Part shown: positions 11,327 through 20,738 of the stretch, one piece after another
How the letters are laid out: each line of letters starts with the position of its first letter
Position numbering within the stretch: the first letter of the stretch is position 1
DNA from: an uncultured Chloroflexia bacterium
GTDB lineage: Bacteria; Chloroflexota; Limnocylindria; Limnocylindrales; CSP1-4
NCBI GenBank assembly: GCA_963752475.1
Contig: CAVVYR010000007.1
Coordinates: forward strand, 160,001-224,000
Length of the DNA: 64,000 nt
Direction: 5' to 3'
Notes under the pieces: generated by a model
What the model saw: the letters and a program-made list of their open reading frames with translations, nothing else
Told to the model about the DNA's origin: nothing
The model's database searches: none
Translations under genes and position numbers: made by a program

Positions 11327-11432
11327 TCGCGCGCCGGGCGTGTCCCGGCGCTTGTTGGCGCCCGGCTGACGGCTTTCGTCACGGTGTTGGGCGCACCCAT
11401 TCCAACAAGTAGTCGGGGTCTAGCGGTCGCCT
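11327..11432 (+). promoter_or_regulatory. Structured 5' leader of infA (candidate cis-regulatory RNA)
   Basis: One hairpin plus three nested helices seen directly (see findings). Confidence 0.45.
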
Positions 11433-11651
11433 GTGGCAAAGCGAGATGCAATCGAGGTCGAAGGAACGGTCATCGAGCCGTTGCCGAACACCATGTTCCG
11501 GATCGAGCTCGAGGATAAGCATCAAGTGCTGGCGCACATCAGCGGCAAGCTGCGGATGAACTTCATCCGAATCCTCCCCGGCGACCGCGTTCGCGTCGAG
11601 TTGTCGCCGTACGACCTCTCTCGCGGCCGCATCACATATCGACTCAAGTAG
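11433..11651 (+). CDS. infA: Translation initiation factor IF-1
   Basis: LPNTMF...[28 protein letters not shown]. Confidence 0.99.
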   Translation: MAKRDAIEVEGTVIEPLPNTMFRIELEDKHQVLAHISGKLRMNFIRILPGDRVRVELSPYDLSRGRITYRLK

Positions 11652-11668
11652 GACACGGACACAACGAC

Positions 11669-11782
11669 GTGAAGGTCTCTGCATCGGTTAAGAGGCGCTG
11701 TGATCGCTGCAAGGTGATCCGGCGGAAGGGGCGAGTGATGATCATCTGCTCGAACCCCAAGCACAAGCAGCGCCAGGGCTAG
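11669..11782 (+). CDS. rpmJ: 50S ribosomal protein L36 (not in ORF track)
   Basis: GTG 11669: [37 protein letters not shown]. Confidence 0.97.
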   Translation: MKVSASVKRRCDRCKVIRRKGRVMIICSNPKHKQRQG

Positions 11783-11790
11783 GAGGAACG

Positions 11791-12162
11791 GTGGCACGTA
11801 TCGCCGGCATCGATATCCCCCGCGAGAAGCGGGTGGAGATCGCGCTGACCTACATCTATGGGATCGGGCTGTCCACCAGCCAGAAGGTCCTCGAACAGGC
11901 CAACGTGAACCCGGACACCCGTGTCCGTGACCTCACCGATGAGCAGGTCAACCGCCTGCGCGACATCATCGACCGCCGCCACACCGTCGAGGGCGACCTT
12001 CGCCGCGAGACGGCCATGAACATCAAGCGGCTGACCGAGATCGGTTCCTACCGCGGCCTGCGACACCGGCGCAACCTGCCGGTCCGTGGCCAGCGCACCA
12101 AGACCAACGCACGCCAGCGACGAGGTCCCAAGAGGACCGTCGGCGTCCGGCGCAAGAAGTAA
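11791..12162 (+). CDS. rpsM: 30S ribosomal protein S13
   Basis: MARIAG...LTYIYGIG...[13 protein letters not shown]. Confidence 0.99.
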   Translation: MARIAGIDIPREKRVEIALTYIYGIGLSTSQKVLEQANVNPDTRVRDLTDEQVNRLRDIIDRRHTVEGDLRRETAMNIKRLTEIGSYRGLRHRRNLPVRGQRTKTNARQRRGPKRTVGVRRKK

Positions 12163-12235
12163 CCCAACCCGCCACCGCGGCCAGTCCCAGTAGCTGGCCA
12201 GCCGAGCGGCGAAACGCAGGAGAGACACTCGATCG

Positions 12236-12631
12236 ATGGCGGAACGAAAGCGCGCCACGAAGTCCAGGCGCAAGGAGAAGAAGAACGTGCCCCAGGGGCA
12301 CGTCCATATCCAGGCGTCCTTCAACAACACGATCGTGACGATCACGGACCTCAGTGGTGCAGTCGTGGCTTGGGGTAGCGCCGGCACGGCCGGGTTCAAG
12401 GGCTCCCGCAAGTCCACGCCCTATGCCGCCGCGCTCGCGGCCGATGGCGCGGCCAAGCGCGCCATGGAGCACGGCATGCGCCAGATCGAAGTGTTCGTCA
12501 AGGGTCCCGGTTCCGGGCGCGAGCAGGCCATCCGCTCGCTGCAGGCTGCCGGCCTCGAGGTCAGCGCCATCACCGACGTCACCCCACTCCCGCACAACGG
12601 CTGCCGCGCGCCCAAGCGGCGTCGCGTCTAG
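12236..12631 (+). CDS. rpsK: 30S ribosomal protein S11
   Basis: [11 protein letters not shown]...KSTPYAA...[11 protein letters not shown]. Confidence 0.99.
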   Translation: MAERKRATKSRRKEKKNVPQGHVHIQASFNNTIVTITDLSGAVVAWGSAGTAGFKGSRKSTPYAAALAADGAAKRAMEHGMRQIEVFVKGPGSGREQAIRSLQAAGLEVSAITDVTPLPHNGCRAPKRRRV

Positions 12632-12641
12632 GAGGCCCGTC

Positions 12642-13265
12642 ATGGCTCGATATCGTGGCCCCGTCGGTCGTCTGTGCCGGCGTGAGGGCGTCCATCTCTT
12701 CCTCAGCAACAAGTGCTACACCAAGAAGTGCCCGCTGGAGCGCCGGCCCAGTCCGCCAGGCCAGCACGGCATCCGTCGCCGCAAGATGTCCAACTACGGC
12801 ATCCAGCTGCGCGAGAAGCAGAAGGTCCGCCGCGTGTACGGCGTCAACGAGCGCCCCTTCAAGCGCTACTACGAGACCGCCGCTTCGCGCCCCGGTGTCA
12901 CCGGTGAGAACCTGCTCCGTCTGCTCGAGACCCGTCTCGACAACGTCGTCTTCCGCATGGGCTACGCCACCAGTCGCCCGCAGGCCCGCCAGCTGGTGAG
13001 CCACGGTCACTTCGAGGTCAACGGTGTCCGCACCAACGTGCCCTCCTTCCGCGTCCGCGAGGGCGACAAGATCGAGGTCCGTGCCAAGAGCAAGAAGACC
13101 GAATACTTCAAGCAGCTGAAGGACGCCATCGGTGGCGCCCAGAAGCCCGAATGGGTCAGCGTCGACGCCGACAAGCTCGCCGGGACCGTCTCTGCCCTGC
13201 CGACCCGCGACCAGATGCCGCTCGAGCTCAACGAGCAGCTCGTGGTCGAGTACTACTCGAGGTAG
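12642..13265 (+). CDS. rpsD: 30S ribosomal protein S4
   Basis: ATG 12642 after GGAGG; MARYRGP...LREKQK...ARQLVSHGH...VEYYSR. Confidence 0.98.
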   Translation: MARYRGPVGRLCRREGVHLFLSNKCYTKKCPLERRPSPPGQHGIRRRKMSNYGIQLREKQKVRRVYGVNERPFKRYYETAASRPGVTGENLLRLLETRLDNVVFRMGYATSRPQARQLVSHGHFEVNGVRTNVPSFRVREGDKIEVRAKSKKTEYFKQLKDAIGGAQKPEWVSVDADKLAGTVSALPTRDQMPLELNEQLVVEYYSR

Positions 13266-13274
13266 CGCCACCAC

Positions 13275-14330
13275 ATGATCGAGTTGGAGAACGCCCAGAT
13301 CGAGTCCGTCGAGGAACTCGAGACTGAGACGTACGGCAAGTACGAAGCGAGCCCGCTTCGCGCCGGTTACGGCGTCACACTGGGCAACGCGCTTCGTCGC
13401 GTGCTGCTCTCCTCCCTGGAGGGGGCGGCTGTCACGTCCGTGCAGATCCGTGACGTCAGCCATGAGTTCAGCACCATCGCCGGGGTCAAGGAGGATGTCA
13501 TCCAGATCCTCCTCAACCTCAAGCGACTGCGACTCAAGAGCTACGTCCCTCACCCGACCCAGCTGAAGCTCGTCAAGAGCGGCGCCGGGCCCGTCACCGC
13601 GGCTGACATCGTCGAGTCCGCAGACGTCGAGATCGTCAACCCGGACCAGCACATCCTGACGCTGGAGCCTGACGCGACCATCGAGATGGACCTCACCGTG
13701 GAGCGGGGCACCGGCTACCTGTCGGCGGAGGACACCAAGGAAGGCCTGCCCATCGGCGTCATCCCCGTCGACGCGATCTTCACGCCCGTGCGCAAGGTCG
13801 ACTACCACGTCGAGAACACGCGCGTCGGCCAGGTCACCAACTACGACAAGCTGACGCTGGAGATCGAGACCGACGGCACCATCTCCCCGGAGGAGGCGCT
13901 CTCGCGCGCCGCCGAGATGCTGGTGGAGCAGTTCGGCCAGTTCACCACCGCCGGCCGCCAGCTGACCAGCGAGGTCGAGGCCGTGAGCGGGCAGGAGACA
14001 CTGCCGCCCAACGTGCTCGACATGCCCATCGAGGACCTGGACCTGCCGATGCGTGCCTACAACTCGCTGAAGCGCAACAACATCGTCAAGGTCGGGCAGC
14101 TGCTGCAACTCCAGGACGAGGATCTGCTGCGGATGCGCAACTTCGGCAAGAAGTCCCTCGATGAGATGAAGGATCGTCTGCGCATGCGTGGCTTCCTGCC
14201 GCCCGAGGACGAGGCCCTGGAAGGCTTCGAGGGCGAGGAGGGCGCTGAGGTGGCGGCCGCGGAAGGCTTCGAGGTCGAGGCGGAAGCGGACCTGGAGGCC
14301 GCGGATGAGCCCTTCAAGGAGGAGGCCTAG
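13275..14330 (+). CDS. rpoA: RNA polymerase subunit alpha
   Basis: TLGNALRRVLLSS...RNFGKKSLDE; acidic tail. Confidence 0.99.
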   Translation: MIELENAQIESVEELETETYGKYEASPLRAGYGVTLGNALRRVLLSSLEGAAVTSVQIRDVSHEFSTIAGVKEDVIQILLNLKRLRLKSYVPHPTQLKLVKSGAGPVTAADIVESADVEIVNPDQHILTLEPDATIEMDLTVERGTGYLSAEDTKEGLPIGVIPVDAIFTPVRKVDYHVENTRVGQVTNYDKLTLEIETDGTISPEEALSRAAEMLVEQFGQFTTAGRQLTSEVEAVSGQETLPPNVLDMPIEDLDLPMRAYNSLKRNNIVKVGQLLQLQDEDLLRMRNFGKKSLDEMKDRLRMRGFLPPEDEALEGFEGEEGAEVAAAEGFEVEAEADLEAADEPFKEEA

Positions 14331-14333
14331 CCG

Positions 14334-14687
14334 ATGGCCCACCGCATCGATGGCCGCAAGTTCGGCCGCCAGACCGCCCCGCGCAAGGCCATGTACGCCA
14401 ACCTCATCGTGGCCGTCCTGCGCTATGAACAGATCAAGACCACCGAGGCCAAGGCCAAGGAAGTCCGCGGCATGGTCGAGCGTGTCATCACGCTGGCCAA
14501 GGGTGGCTCGCTCGCCGAGCGCCGCCGCATCGTATCCGAGCTGCCCAACGAGCCGCTCGTGATCGAGAAGCTCTACGACGAGATCGCTCCCCGCTACGGG
14601 GATCGCAACTCGGGCTACACCCGGATCGTCAAGCTTGGCCCCCGGCCCGGCGACAACGCTCCGATGGTTCAGCTCGAGCTGGTCTAA
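14334..14687 (+). CDS. rplQ: 50S ribosomal protein L17
   Basis: IKTTEAKAKE...GYTRIVK...GDNAPM. Confidence 0.98.
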   Translation: MAHRIDGRKFGRQTAPRKAMYANLIVAVLRYEQIKTTEAKAKEVRGMVERVITLAKGGSLAERRRIVSELPNEPLVIEKLYDEIAPRYGDRNSGYTRIVKLGPRPGDNAPMVQLELV

Positions 14688-14734
14688 GCAAGCCGTATCG
14701 CCGGGCGCGGGAGCGTCAGGGGAGTGCGGTCAAG

Positions 14735-15502
14735 ATGAAGCACGCCCGAGAGGGCGGCCCCGTGCGGTACCGCGCACGGGTCGAATACGACGGCACGGAG
14801 TTCGCCGGCTTCCAGGCTCAGCCTGGTCGTCGGACCGTCCAGGGAGAGCTGGAACGCGTCCTGACCCACCTTGTTGGTGAGTCGGGGTTCCGGATCAAAG
14901 CGGCCGGTCGGACGGACGCCGGGGTGCATGCCACCGGGCAGGTGATCGCGTTCACCTGGCAGGGTGGCATCGATGCCAGGGAGCTCGGTCAGGCGATCGG
15001 GGCGCTACTGCCCCCGGACGTCGCGATCGGCCCGCTGACACGGGTAGCGCTCGACTTCGATCCTCGTCGCGCCGCGACGAGGCGGGAGTACCGCTACAGC
15101 ATCTGGACGGGACCGCGGAAGCCACTGGGCAACCGCTACCGCTACGAACTCGACGAACCGCTCGATGCCGAGGTCATGCACGCGGCCGCCCAGATCCTGG
15201 TCGGCAGGCACGACTTCGCACCCTTCGGGCGCGTTCAGCGCACCTCGGTCCGGACGCTCCACGAGATCCGGGTCCGCAGGCAGGGGCACCTGGTCACGAT
15301 CGACGTGAGCGGTGACGCCTTCCTGCAGCAGATGGTGCGCAGCATCGTGGCCGCGCTCATCCGGATCGGGATGGGACGGGCCACGGCAGAGGACCTCGAA
15401 CGGGAGCTGCGCTCGCCGGGACGGGCCTTCGACGGGGCGATCGTCCCCGCCCACGGGCTTTGCCTGCGGCGGGTGGTGATCGGGCCGAAACGAACCAGGT
15501 AG
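14735..15502 (+). CDS. truA: tRNA pseudouridine(38-40) synthase
   Basis: [27 protein letters not shown]; start may be GTG 14762. Confidence 0.96.
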   Translation: MKHAREGGPVRYRARVEYDGTEFAGFQAQPGRRTVQGELERVLTHLVGESGFRIKAAGRTDAGVHATGQVIAFTWQGGIDARELGQAIGALLPPDVAIGPLTRVALDFDPRRAATRREYRYSIWTGPRKPLGNRYRYELDEPLDAEVMHAAAQILVGRHDFAPFGRVQRTSVRTLHEIRVRRQGHLVTIDVSGDAFLQQMVRSIVAALIRIGMGRATAEDLERELRSPGRAFDGAIVPAHGLCLRRVVIGPKRTR

Positions 15503-15527
15503 ACGACAAGGAAGCACGACAGGGGCC

Positions 15528-15971
15528 ATGAGCAGGACCTACACGCCAAAGGCAAGTGAGATCGAACGCCAGTGGCTGGTCGTCGATGCCGACGGTCAGA
15601 CGCTCGGCCGTCTCGCCACGCGTGTGGCGCGGCTGCTGACGGGCAAGCACAAGCCGACCTACTCGACACACATCGACACCGGCGATCACGTCATCGTCAT
15701 CAATGCCGAGAAGATCAAGGTCACCGGTGACAAGCTGGAGTCCAAGCACTACTACCGACACAGCGGCTACCCCGGTGGTTTCCGCGAGGAGAAGCTGAGC
15801 CATCTGCTGGAGCGGCGGCCCGAGGAGGTCGTCCGTCGCGCGGTCAAGGGCATGGTCCCGCACACGCGCCTCGGCACCCAGCAGCTGCGTAAGCTCAAGG
15901 TCTACGCCGGCAAGGAGCACCCGCACGAGGCACAGCAGCCGGTCGAGGCCCCGGCAGGAGGCGCGTACTAG
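15528..15971 (+). CDS. rplM: 50S ribosomal protein L13
   Basis: LGRLAT...GKHKPTY...[10 protein letters not shown]. Confidence 0.99.
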   Translation: MSRTYTPKASEIERQWLVVDADGQTLGRLATRVARLLTGKHKPTYSTHIDTGDHVIVINAEKIKVTGDKLESKHYYRHSGYPGGFREEKLSHLLERRPEEVVRRAVKGMVPHTRLGTQQLRKLKVYAGKEHPHEAQQPVEAPAGGAY

Positions 15972-16367
15972 ATGAACCAGGTCGCATTCTTCGAAGGCAC
16001 CGGCCGCCGCAAGACGGCCATCGCACGCGTCCGCCTGCTCACTGGTGAGGGTGAGGTCGTGGTCAATGGCCGCAGCCTGGAGGAGCACTTCGGCAACGCC
16101 GTCGATCTGCAGGACATCCTCATGCCCTTCCGTGTCACTGGCACCGAAGGCAAGTTCAACGCCATGATCAAGGTGCACGGCGGCGGCCATCACGGCCAGG
16201 CCGGAGCCATCCGCCACGGCATCGCCCGCGCCATCCTGCAGTCGGACCCAGAGTCCCGCGTGTCGCTGCGCCAGGCCGGCCTCCTCTCTCGCGACCCGCG
16301 CATGAAGGAGCGCAAGAAGTACGGCCTCAAGCGAGCCCGCAAGGCGCCGCAGTTCACCAAGCGCTAG
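15972..16367 (+). CDS. rpsI: 30S ribosomal protein S9
   Basis: [12 protein letters not shown]...[19 protein letters not shown]. Confidence 0.99.
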   Translation: MNQVAFFEGTGRRKTAIARVRLLTGEGEVVVNGRSLEEHFGNAVDLQDILMPFRVTGTEGKFNAMIKVHGGGHHGQAGAIRHGIARAILQSDPESRVSLRQAGLLSRDPRMKERKKYGLKRARKAPQFTKR

Positions 16368-16417
16368 TCGCGCACCGCGCCGATCGGACGCGGCCACCAC
16401 AACACCTCTCGACGCGG

Positions 16418-16496
16418 CCGGGGTGGGGAACCACCCCGGACTGTCGGCCACTGCACCTATCTACAGCCCGGGACCTTCGTGGCATCGTCCCGGGCT
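16418..16496 (+). terminator. Two GC-rich hairpins closing the ribosomal operon
   Basis: CCGGGGTGG-GGAA-CCACCCCGG (16418-39) and AGCCCGGGAC...GTCCCGGGCT (16465-96); no strong U-tract. Confidence 0.5.
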
Positions 16497-16521
16497 CGTT
16501 GCTGTCTGAGACTGGTTCACG

Positions 16522-17259
16522 ATGAGTGAGTCTGTCTCCGTTCGCTACAAGGAGGCGCTCCAGCGCGGCCACGTGGCCGTGGTCAAGGGACGACCTCGGG
16601 AGGCCATCGGCCACTATCGGGACGCTGCCGAGCTGGTGCCCGACCGGCCATTGCCGTACACGCGTATGGGCCATATCTACCTGCAGATGGAGCAGCCGCG
16701 CGAGGCCCTCGCCGCATTCGAGGAGGCGCTCGCTCGCGCGCCGTCCGAGCGCGAGGCACTGGAGGGCAAGGCCGCGGTACTGGCGGCCACGGGCCGGGCC
16801 CAGGAGGCAGGCGACGCCCGTTCTCGCGCCGTCGAGCTGGCTGCCCGGGAGCAAGCCGGCCATTCTGGCCGCCGGCGGGCCGACCCACGCCTGCTCGAGA
16901 TCGAGCGGCACATCATCAACGGCGCCGCAGCGCGAGCTGCGGGCGACCTGGGCGTGGCATCGGTGGCGTACCTCACCGCGGCCAACGGCTTCGTCGCCAT
17001 CGACGAACTCGATGCCGCCATCGACGCCTGCCTGCGGGGACTCGAGGCACGACCGGGCAACATCGACATCCACTTCGTCATGGCGATGCTCTATCTGCGC
17101 CGCGGCTGGACGCAGTTGGGCGTGGAGCGGGTGGCGCTCATCGAGCACCGCCTCGATATCGATGACGACCAGCTGCGGCGCAACGCACTCGCAGCCCTCG
17201 CCCGTGACTTCCGCACGCGTGCGCCGGAGCTCGAGCGCCTCGCCGCCAACGCGCCCTGA
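16522..17259 (+). CDS. Tetratricopeptide-repeat protein
   Basis: TPR-like helices (EAIGHYRDAAELVP, ALAAFEEALARAP, AIDACLRGLEARP). Confidence 0.8.
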   Translation: MSESVSVRYKEALQRGHVAVVKGRPREAIGHYRDAAELVPDRPLPYTRMGHIYLQMEQPREALAAFEEALARAPSEREALEGKAAVLAATGRAQEAGDARSRAVELAAREQAGHSGRRRADPRLLEIERHIINGAAARAAGDLGVASVAYLTAANGFVAIDELDAAIDACLRGLEARPGNIDIHFVMAMLYLRRGWTQLGVERVALIEHRLDIDDDQLRRNALAALARDFRTRAPELERLAANAP

Positions 17260-17286
17260 CCCGCGCCCTGACCCGGGCCCTGCCTG
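17251..17286. repeat. 12-bp tandem repeat
   Basis: GCGCCCTGACCC x2 plus degenerate GGGCCCTGCCTG. Confidence 0.7.
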
Positions 17287-17314
17287 CGCGCGGCGGTGGT
17301 AGTCTCAGCCGCAG

Positions 17315-18190
17315 ATGGATCAGCTGCGTGACCTAGCCGCGGATCTGCGGATCGAACCGAGCGCACTGCTCGACATCTTCCTGACCGCAGTCCTCATCTA
17401 CCTTGTGCTCCGCCTCATCCAGGGCACGCGCGCGGTGCGCCTGGCCATCGGTGCGGCCATCGTCTACGGCGTCTACGTCTTTGCCCTCGAGCTCGATCTG
17501 CGGCTGCTTTCGGGCATCCTCCAGACCGGCGCCGTCGTCGGCCTCATCGCCCTTGTGGTCGTGTTCCAGCCGGAGCTGCGCCGTGGTCTCGATCGCATCG
17601 GTCGCGTGGGCACCTTCACCTTCCTCGGTGACAACGGCCCCGGCGGCTACCAGCGTGTGGCCGGGCTGCTCGCGGCCTCGGCCGCCAAGCTCTCACGGCG
17701 TCGCACCGGCGCGCTCATCATCATCGAGCGGGATACCGGTCTCGGCGACATGGCCGAGACCGGGGTGATGGTCCACGCCGAGCTCACCGCGGAGTTGCTG
17801 GCCTCGCTCTTCGCCCCCGGTTACCCACTCCACGACGGGGCCGTGCTGGTCCAGGGCCACGAGATCGTCGCCGCCGGCGTGATGCTGCCGCTGGCCGAGC
17901 GCGAAGGTTCGCTGGAGGACTACGGCACCCGCCACCGTGCGGCCCTTGGCATCACCGAGCAGACCGATGCGGTGGCTATCGTGGTCAGCGAGGAGAGCGG
18001 CTCCATCGGCCTCGCGGTCGGCGGCGACCTCGTGCGCCAGCTCGACGAGGACGAGTTGCGCCAGCGGCTGTACGGGCTGCTGGCGCCCGACGATGTCGGC
18101 AGCCGTGCCCGCCGCCTCTCGCTGCGCAACCACCGGGCGGAGGACGCCGGGGCCGCTGTCGACACCGACGACGAGGGGGCATCCACGTGA
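17315..18190 (+). CDS. cdaA: Diadenylate cyclase CdaA/DacA
   Basis: 3 N-terminal TM helices, FQPELR, catalytic HDGA and GTRHRAA, VSEE. Confidence 0.95.
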   Translation: MDQLRDLAADLRIEPSALLDIFLTAVLIYLVLRLIQGTRAVRLAIGAAIVYGVYVFALELDLRLLSGILQTGAVVGLIALVVVFQPELRRGLDRIGRVGTFTFLGDNGPGGYQRVAGLLAASAAKLSRRRTGALIIIERDTGLGDMAETGVMVHAELTAELLASLFAPGYPLHDGAVLVQGHEIVAAGVMLPLAEREGSLEDYGTRHRAALGITEQTDAVAIVVSEESGSIGLAVGGDLVRQLDEDELRQRLYGLLAPDDVGSRARRLSLRNHRAEDAGAAVDTDDEGAST

Positions 18191-19401
18191 GCGCGATCAG
18201 CCGCATGCTCTTCAGCAACTGGCCGCTCAAGCTCACCGCGCTGGGCCTTGCGGTCGTGCTCTACATGGGCGTGGCCATCTCCGAGTCAACGCGTTCCTGG
18301 GCTGGCCCGGTGCCTATCGAGGTCCTCAACGCACCCACCGGTGGCGCTCTGCTCGACGACCCTGGCGTCGTCGAGACCATCGAGTTCCGGGCGTCCGACG
18401 ATATCGCCGAGGCGCTCACCAACGACAGCTTCCGCGCCTCCATCGACCTCTCCGCGGTCGAGCCACGCCCCGGTGCCAACACGGTCGAGGTGCCGGTCGA
18501 TGTCTTCCCCGTCGACCCCCGCGTTCGCGTCGTGGACTACGATCCGCCGGGCGTCACCGTTCGCGTCGATGCCGTCGTCTCGCGCCAGCTGCCGGTCGAG
18601 GTCGAGCACGGCCCCTTGCCCGATGGCATCGAGCTCGGGCCGGTCATCGTCGATCCCAACCAAGCCGTCATCAGCGGCGCCTCGTCTCGCCTGCAGAACG
18701 TGCGCACGGTCGAGGGCCGCTTCGTGGTCGACGCCAGTGGTCTCAACATCGACCAGGACGTCGCGCTCGAGGCCTTCGACGAGGACGGGGCCATCGTGCC
18801 GGGCGTGGACGTCGAGCCGTCGAGCGCCAGGATCCGGGCCGACGTGGCCCGCCAGTTGGCCTATGCCACCCTGCCGGTCATCCCGGAGCTCACCGGTGAG
18901 CCGGCCCACGGGCGCCGAGTGGACAACGTCTCGGTCCTGCCGGCGACGGTCACCGTCAGCGGTGAGAGTCCGGACGTGCGTGGTCTCGAGCTCGTCACCA
19001 CCGAGCCGCTCGATATCAGCGACCGATCGATCGAACTGGTGGCCGAGGTGCCGCTGGCGCTTCCCGAGGAGGTCACGACCGCTGGCGAGGGCCTCGTCAC
19101 CGTCATCGTCACCTTCACCGAGTCGCTCGGATCACGCAGCTACGAGGTGGGCACGGCCCTGACCGGGGCACAGCCCGAGTTCACCTACCAGGTGGAGGAA
19201 CCGTCGGTCGCAGTGATCCTGTCAGGGCCGGTGGCGCAGCTCGACGAACTCACTGTCAGCGAGGTCAGCGCGGAGGTGCCGGTGGCCGATCTCGAGGTGG
19301 GTGACAATGAGGTCATGCCCATCGTTTCGACCCCCCGCGGCACCGAGGTGGTCCGCATCACTCCCGAGACCGTGCGCGTCACGGTCGCCGAAGCCCCGTG
19401 A
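18187..19401 (+). CDS. cdaR: CdaR/YbbR-repeat regulator of diadenylate cyclase
   Basis: NWPLKL + TM then repeated P..V.V YbbR-like domains; lies between cdaA and glmM. Confidence 0.88.
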   Translation: MSAISRMLFSNWPLKLTALGLAVVLYMGVAISESTRSWAGPVPIEVLNAPTGGALLDDPGVVETIEFRASDDIAEALTNDSFRASIDLSAVEPRPGANTVEVPVDVFPVDPRVRVVDYDPPGVTVRVDAVVSRQLPVEVEHGPLPDGIELGPVIVDPNQAVISGASSRLQNVRTVEGRFVVDASGLNIDQDVALEAFDEDGAIVPGVDVEPSSARIRADVARQLAYATLPVIPELTGEPAHGRRVDNVSVLPATVTVSGESPDVRGLELVTTEPLDISDRSIELVAEVPLALPEEVTTAGEGLVTVIVTFTESLGSRSYEVGTALTGAQPEFTYQVEEPSVAVILSGPVAQLDELTVSEVSAEVPVADLEVGDNEVMPIVSTPRGTEVVRITPETVRVTVAEAP

Positions 19402-20735
19402 GCAACCTCTTCGGAACCGACGGTATCCGGGGTGTCGCCAACGAGGATCTGAAACCATCGCTGGCCCATGCTCTGGGTCGTGCCCTGGCCACCCGTCTGG
19501 CCGGGCCCGGCGGCCACATCCTGGTGGGCCAGGACACGCGCCGTTCGGGTGACATGCTCGTAGCCGCGCTGATGTCCGGCGGCACCAGCGCCGGTGCCCA
19601 TGTGCACTCGCTGGGCGTCTGTCCCACGCCTGCGCTGGCCCACGTCACCGCGGTCGGCGAGTACGCCGTCGGCGTCATGGTCAGCGCTTCCCACAACCCC
19701 GCCGAGGACAACGGGCTGAAGGTCCTCAGCGGCAAGGGGCTGAAGCTCGACGACGAGATGGAGGACGAGCTCGAGACGCTCATCATCCGCTCGGAGGAGC
19801 TGGGCAGCCCGCGCAACGACGAGCTCGGCCGGGTCGTGGACTCGCGGGACGACATGCGCCACTACCTCGATCACCGGCTGGGCATGGCGCGTGCCATCGG
19901 CTCCGACCTGCGCGTCCATGTCGACTGTGCCAACGGCTCGGCCTCCGCGGTCGCCCGCGACATCCTGGCCGCTTCCGGTGCCCGAGTGACCGCGCACTTC
20001 GACGCGCCCGACGGACTCAACATCAACCGCGACTGCGGTGCGACCGTGCCCGAGACCATGGCGGGCGTCGTGGCCCAACAGGGTGGCGACGTGGGCTTCA
20101 GCCTCGACGGCGACGCGGACCGCTGCGTCGCCGTCGACGAGCGTGGCCAGGTCGTCGATGGCGACCAGCTGCTGGGCATCATCGCCCTCGACCGCCTCGC
20201 CCGCGGGGCCCTCGCAGAGGACACGATGGTCGTGACCATCCTCAGCAACGGTGGCCTTGCCCGGGCCGTGGAGCAGGCTGGCGGGCGTGTGCTGCGCACC
20301 AAGGTCGGCGATCGCTACATCGTGGAGTCGATGCTTGTCTCGGGCGCCGGGCTCGGCGGCGAGAAGAGCGGCCACGTCATCGTGCGTGAGCACACCTCCA
20401 CCGGCGACGGCATCGTCACCGCGCTCGAGGTCCTCGACGTCCTTGCTCGCACCGGCAAGCCGCTGAGCGAGTTGGCCGGCCGCATCCCCCTCGACCCGCA
20501 GGAGCAGCGCGCGGTGCGCGTGAAGACGAAGGAGTGGCGGGCTGACCGCGTGTTCGCCGATGCCGTCGCCGCCGCCGAGGCCGAGATGGAGGGGGAAGGC
20601 CGCGTGGTGGTCCGGCCTTCAGGCACCGAACCACGCATGCGCGTGATGGTCGAGGGACGGGATCAGGGGCGCGTGCTGCGACTGGCCAATGAGCTCGCGG
20701 CCCTGGCCGCGGAGCGACTCAACCAGGAGCGCTAG
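19398..20735 (+). CDS. glmM: Phosphoglucosamine mutase
   Basis: FGTDGIRG, SASHNP, DGDADR, GGEKSGH, VRPSGTEP. Confidence 0.96.
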   Translation: MSNLFGTDGIRGVANEDLKPSLAHALGRALATRLAGPGGHILVGQDTRRSGDMLVAALMSGGTSAGAHVHSLGVCPTPALAHVTAVGEYAVGVMVSASHNPAEDNGLKVLSGKGLKLDDEMEDELETLIIRSEELGSPRNDELGRVVDSRDDMRHYLDHRLGMARAIGSDLRVHVDCANGSASAVARDILAASGARVTAHFDAPDGLNINRDCGATVPETMAGVVAQQGGDVGFSLDGDADRCVAVDERGQVVDGDQLLGIIALDRLARGALAEDTMVVTILSNGGLARAVEQAGGRVLRTKVGDRYIVESMLVSGAGLGGEKSGHVIVREHTSTGDGIVTALEVLDVLARTGKPLSELAGRIPLDPQEQRAVRVKTKEWRADRVFADAVAAAEAEMEGEGRVVVRPSGTEPRMRVMVEGRDQGRVLRLANELAALAAERLNQER

Positions 20736-20738
20736 AAC

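Noticed and set aside
12163-12235. Stem-loop between rpsM and rpsK (GGCCAG/CTGGCC)
   Set aside because: Short helix in GC-rich DNA; cannot be distinguished from background
20736-20738. glmS ribozyme
   Set aside because: Only 3 nt separate glmM and glmS; a GCGGATGCCTCC match near 33332-43 is on the wrong strand and lacks the rest of the core
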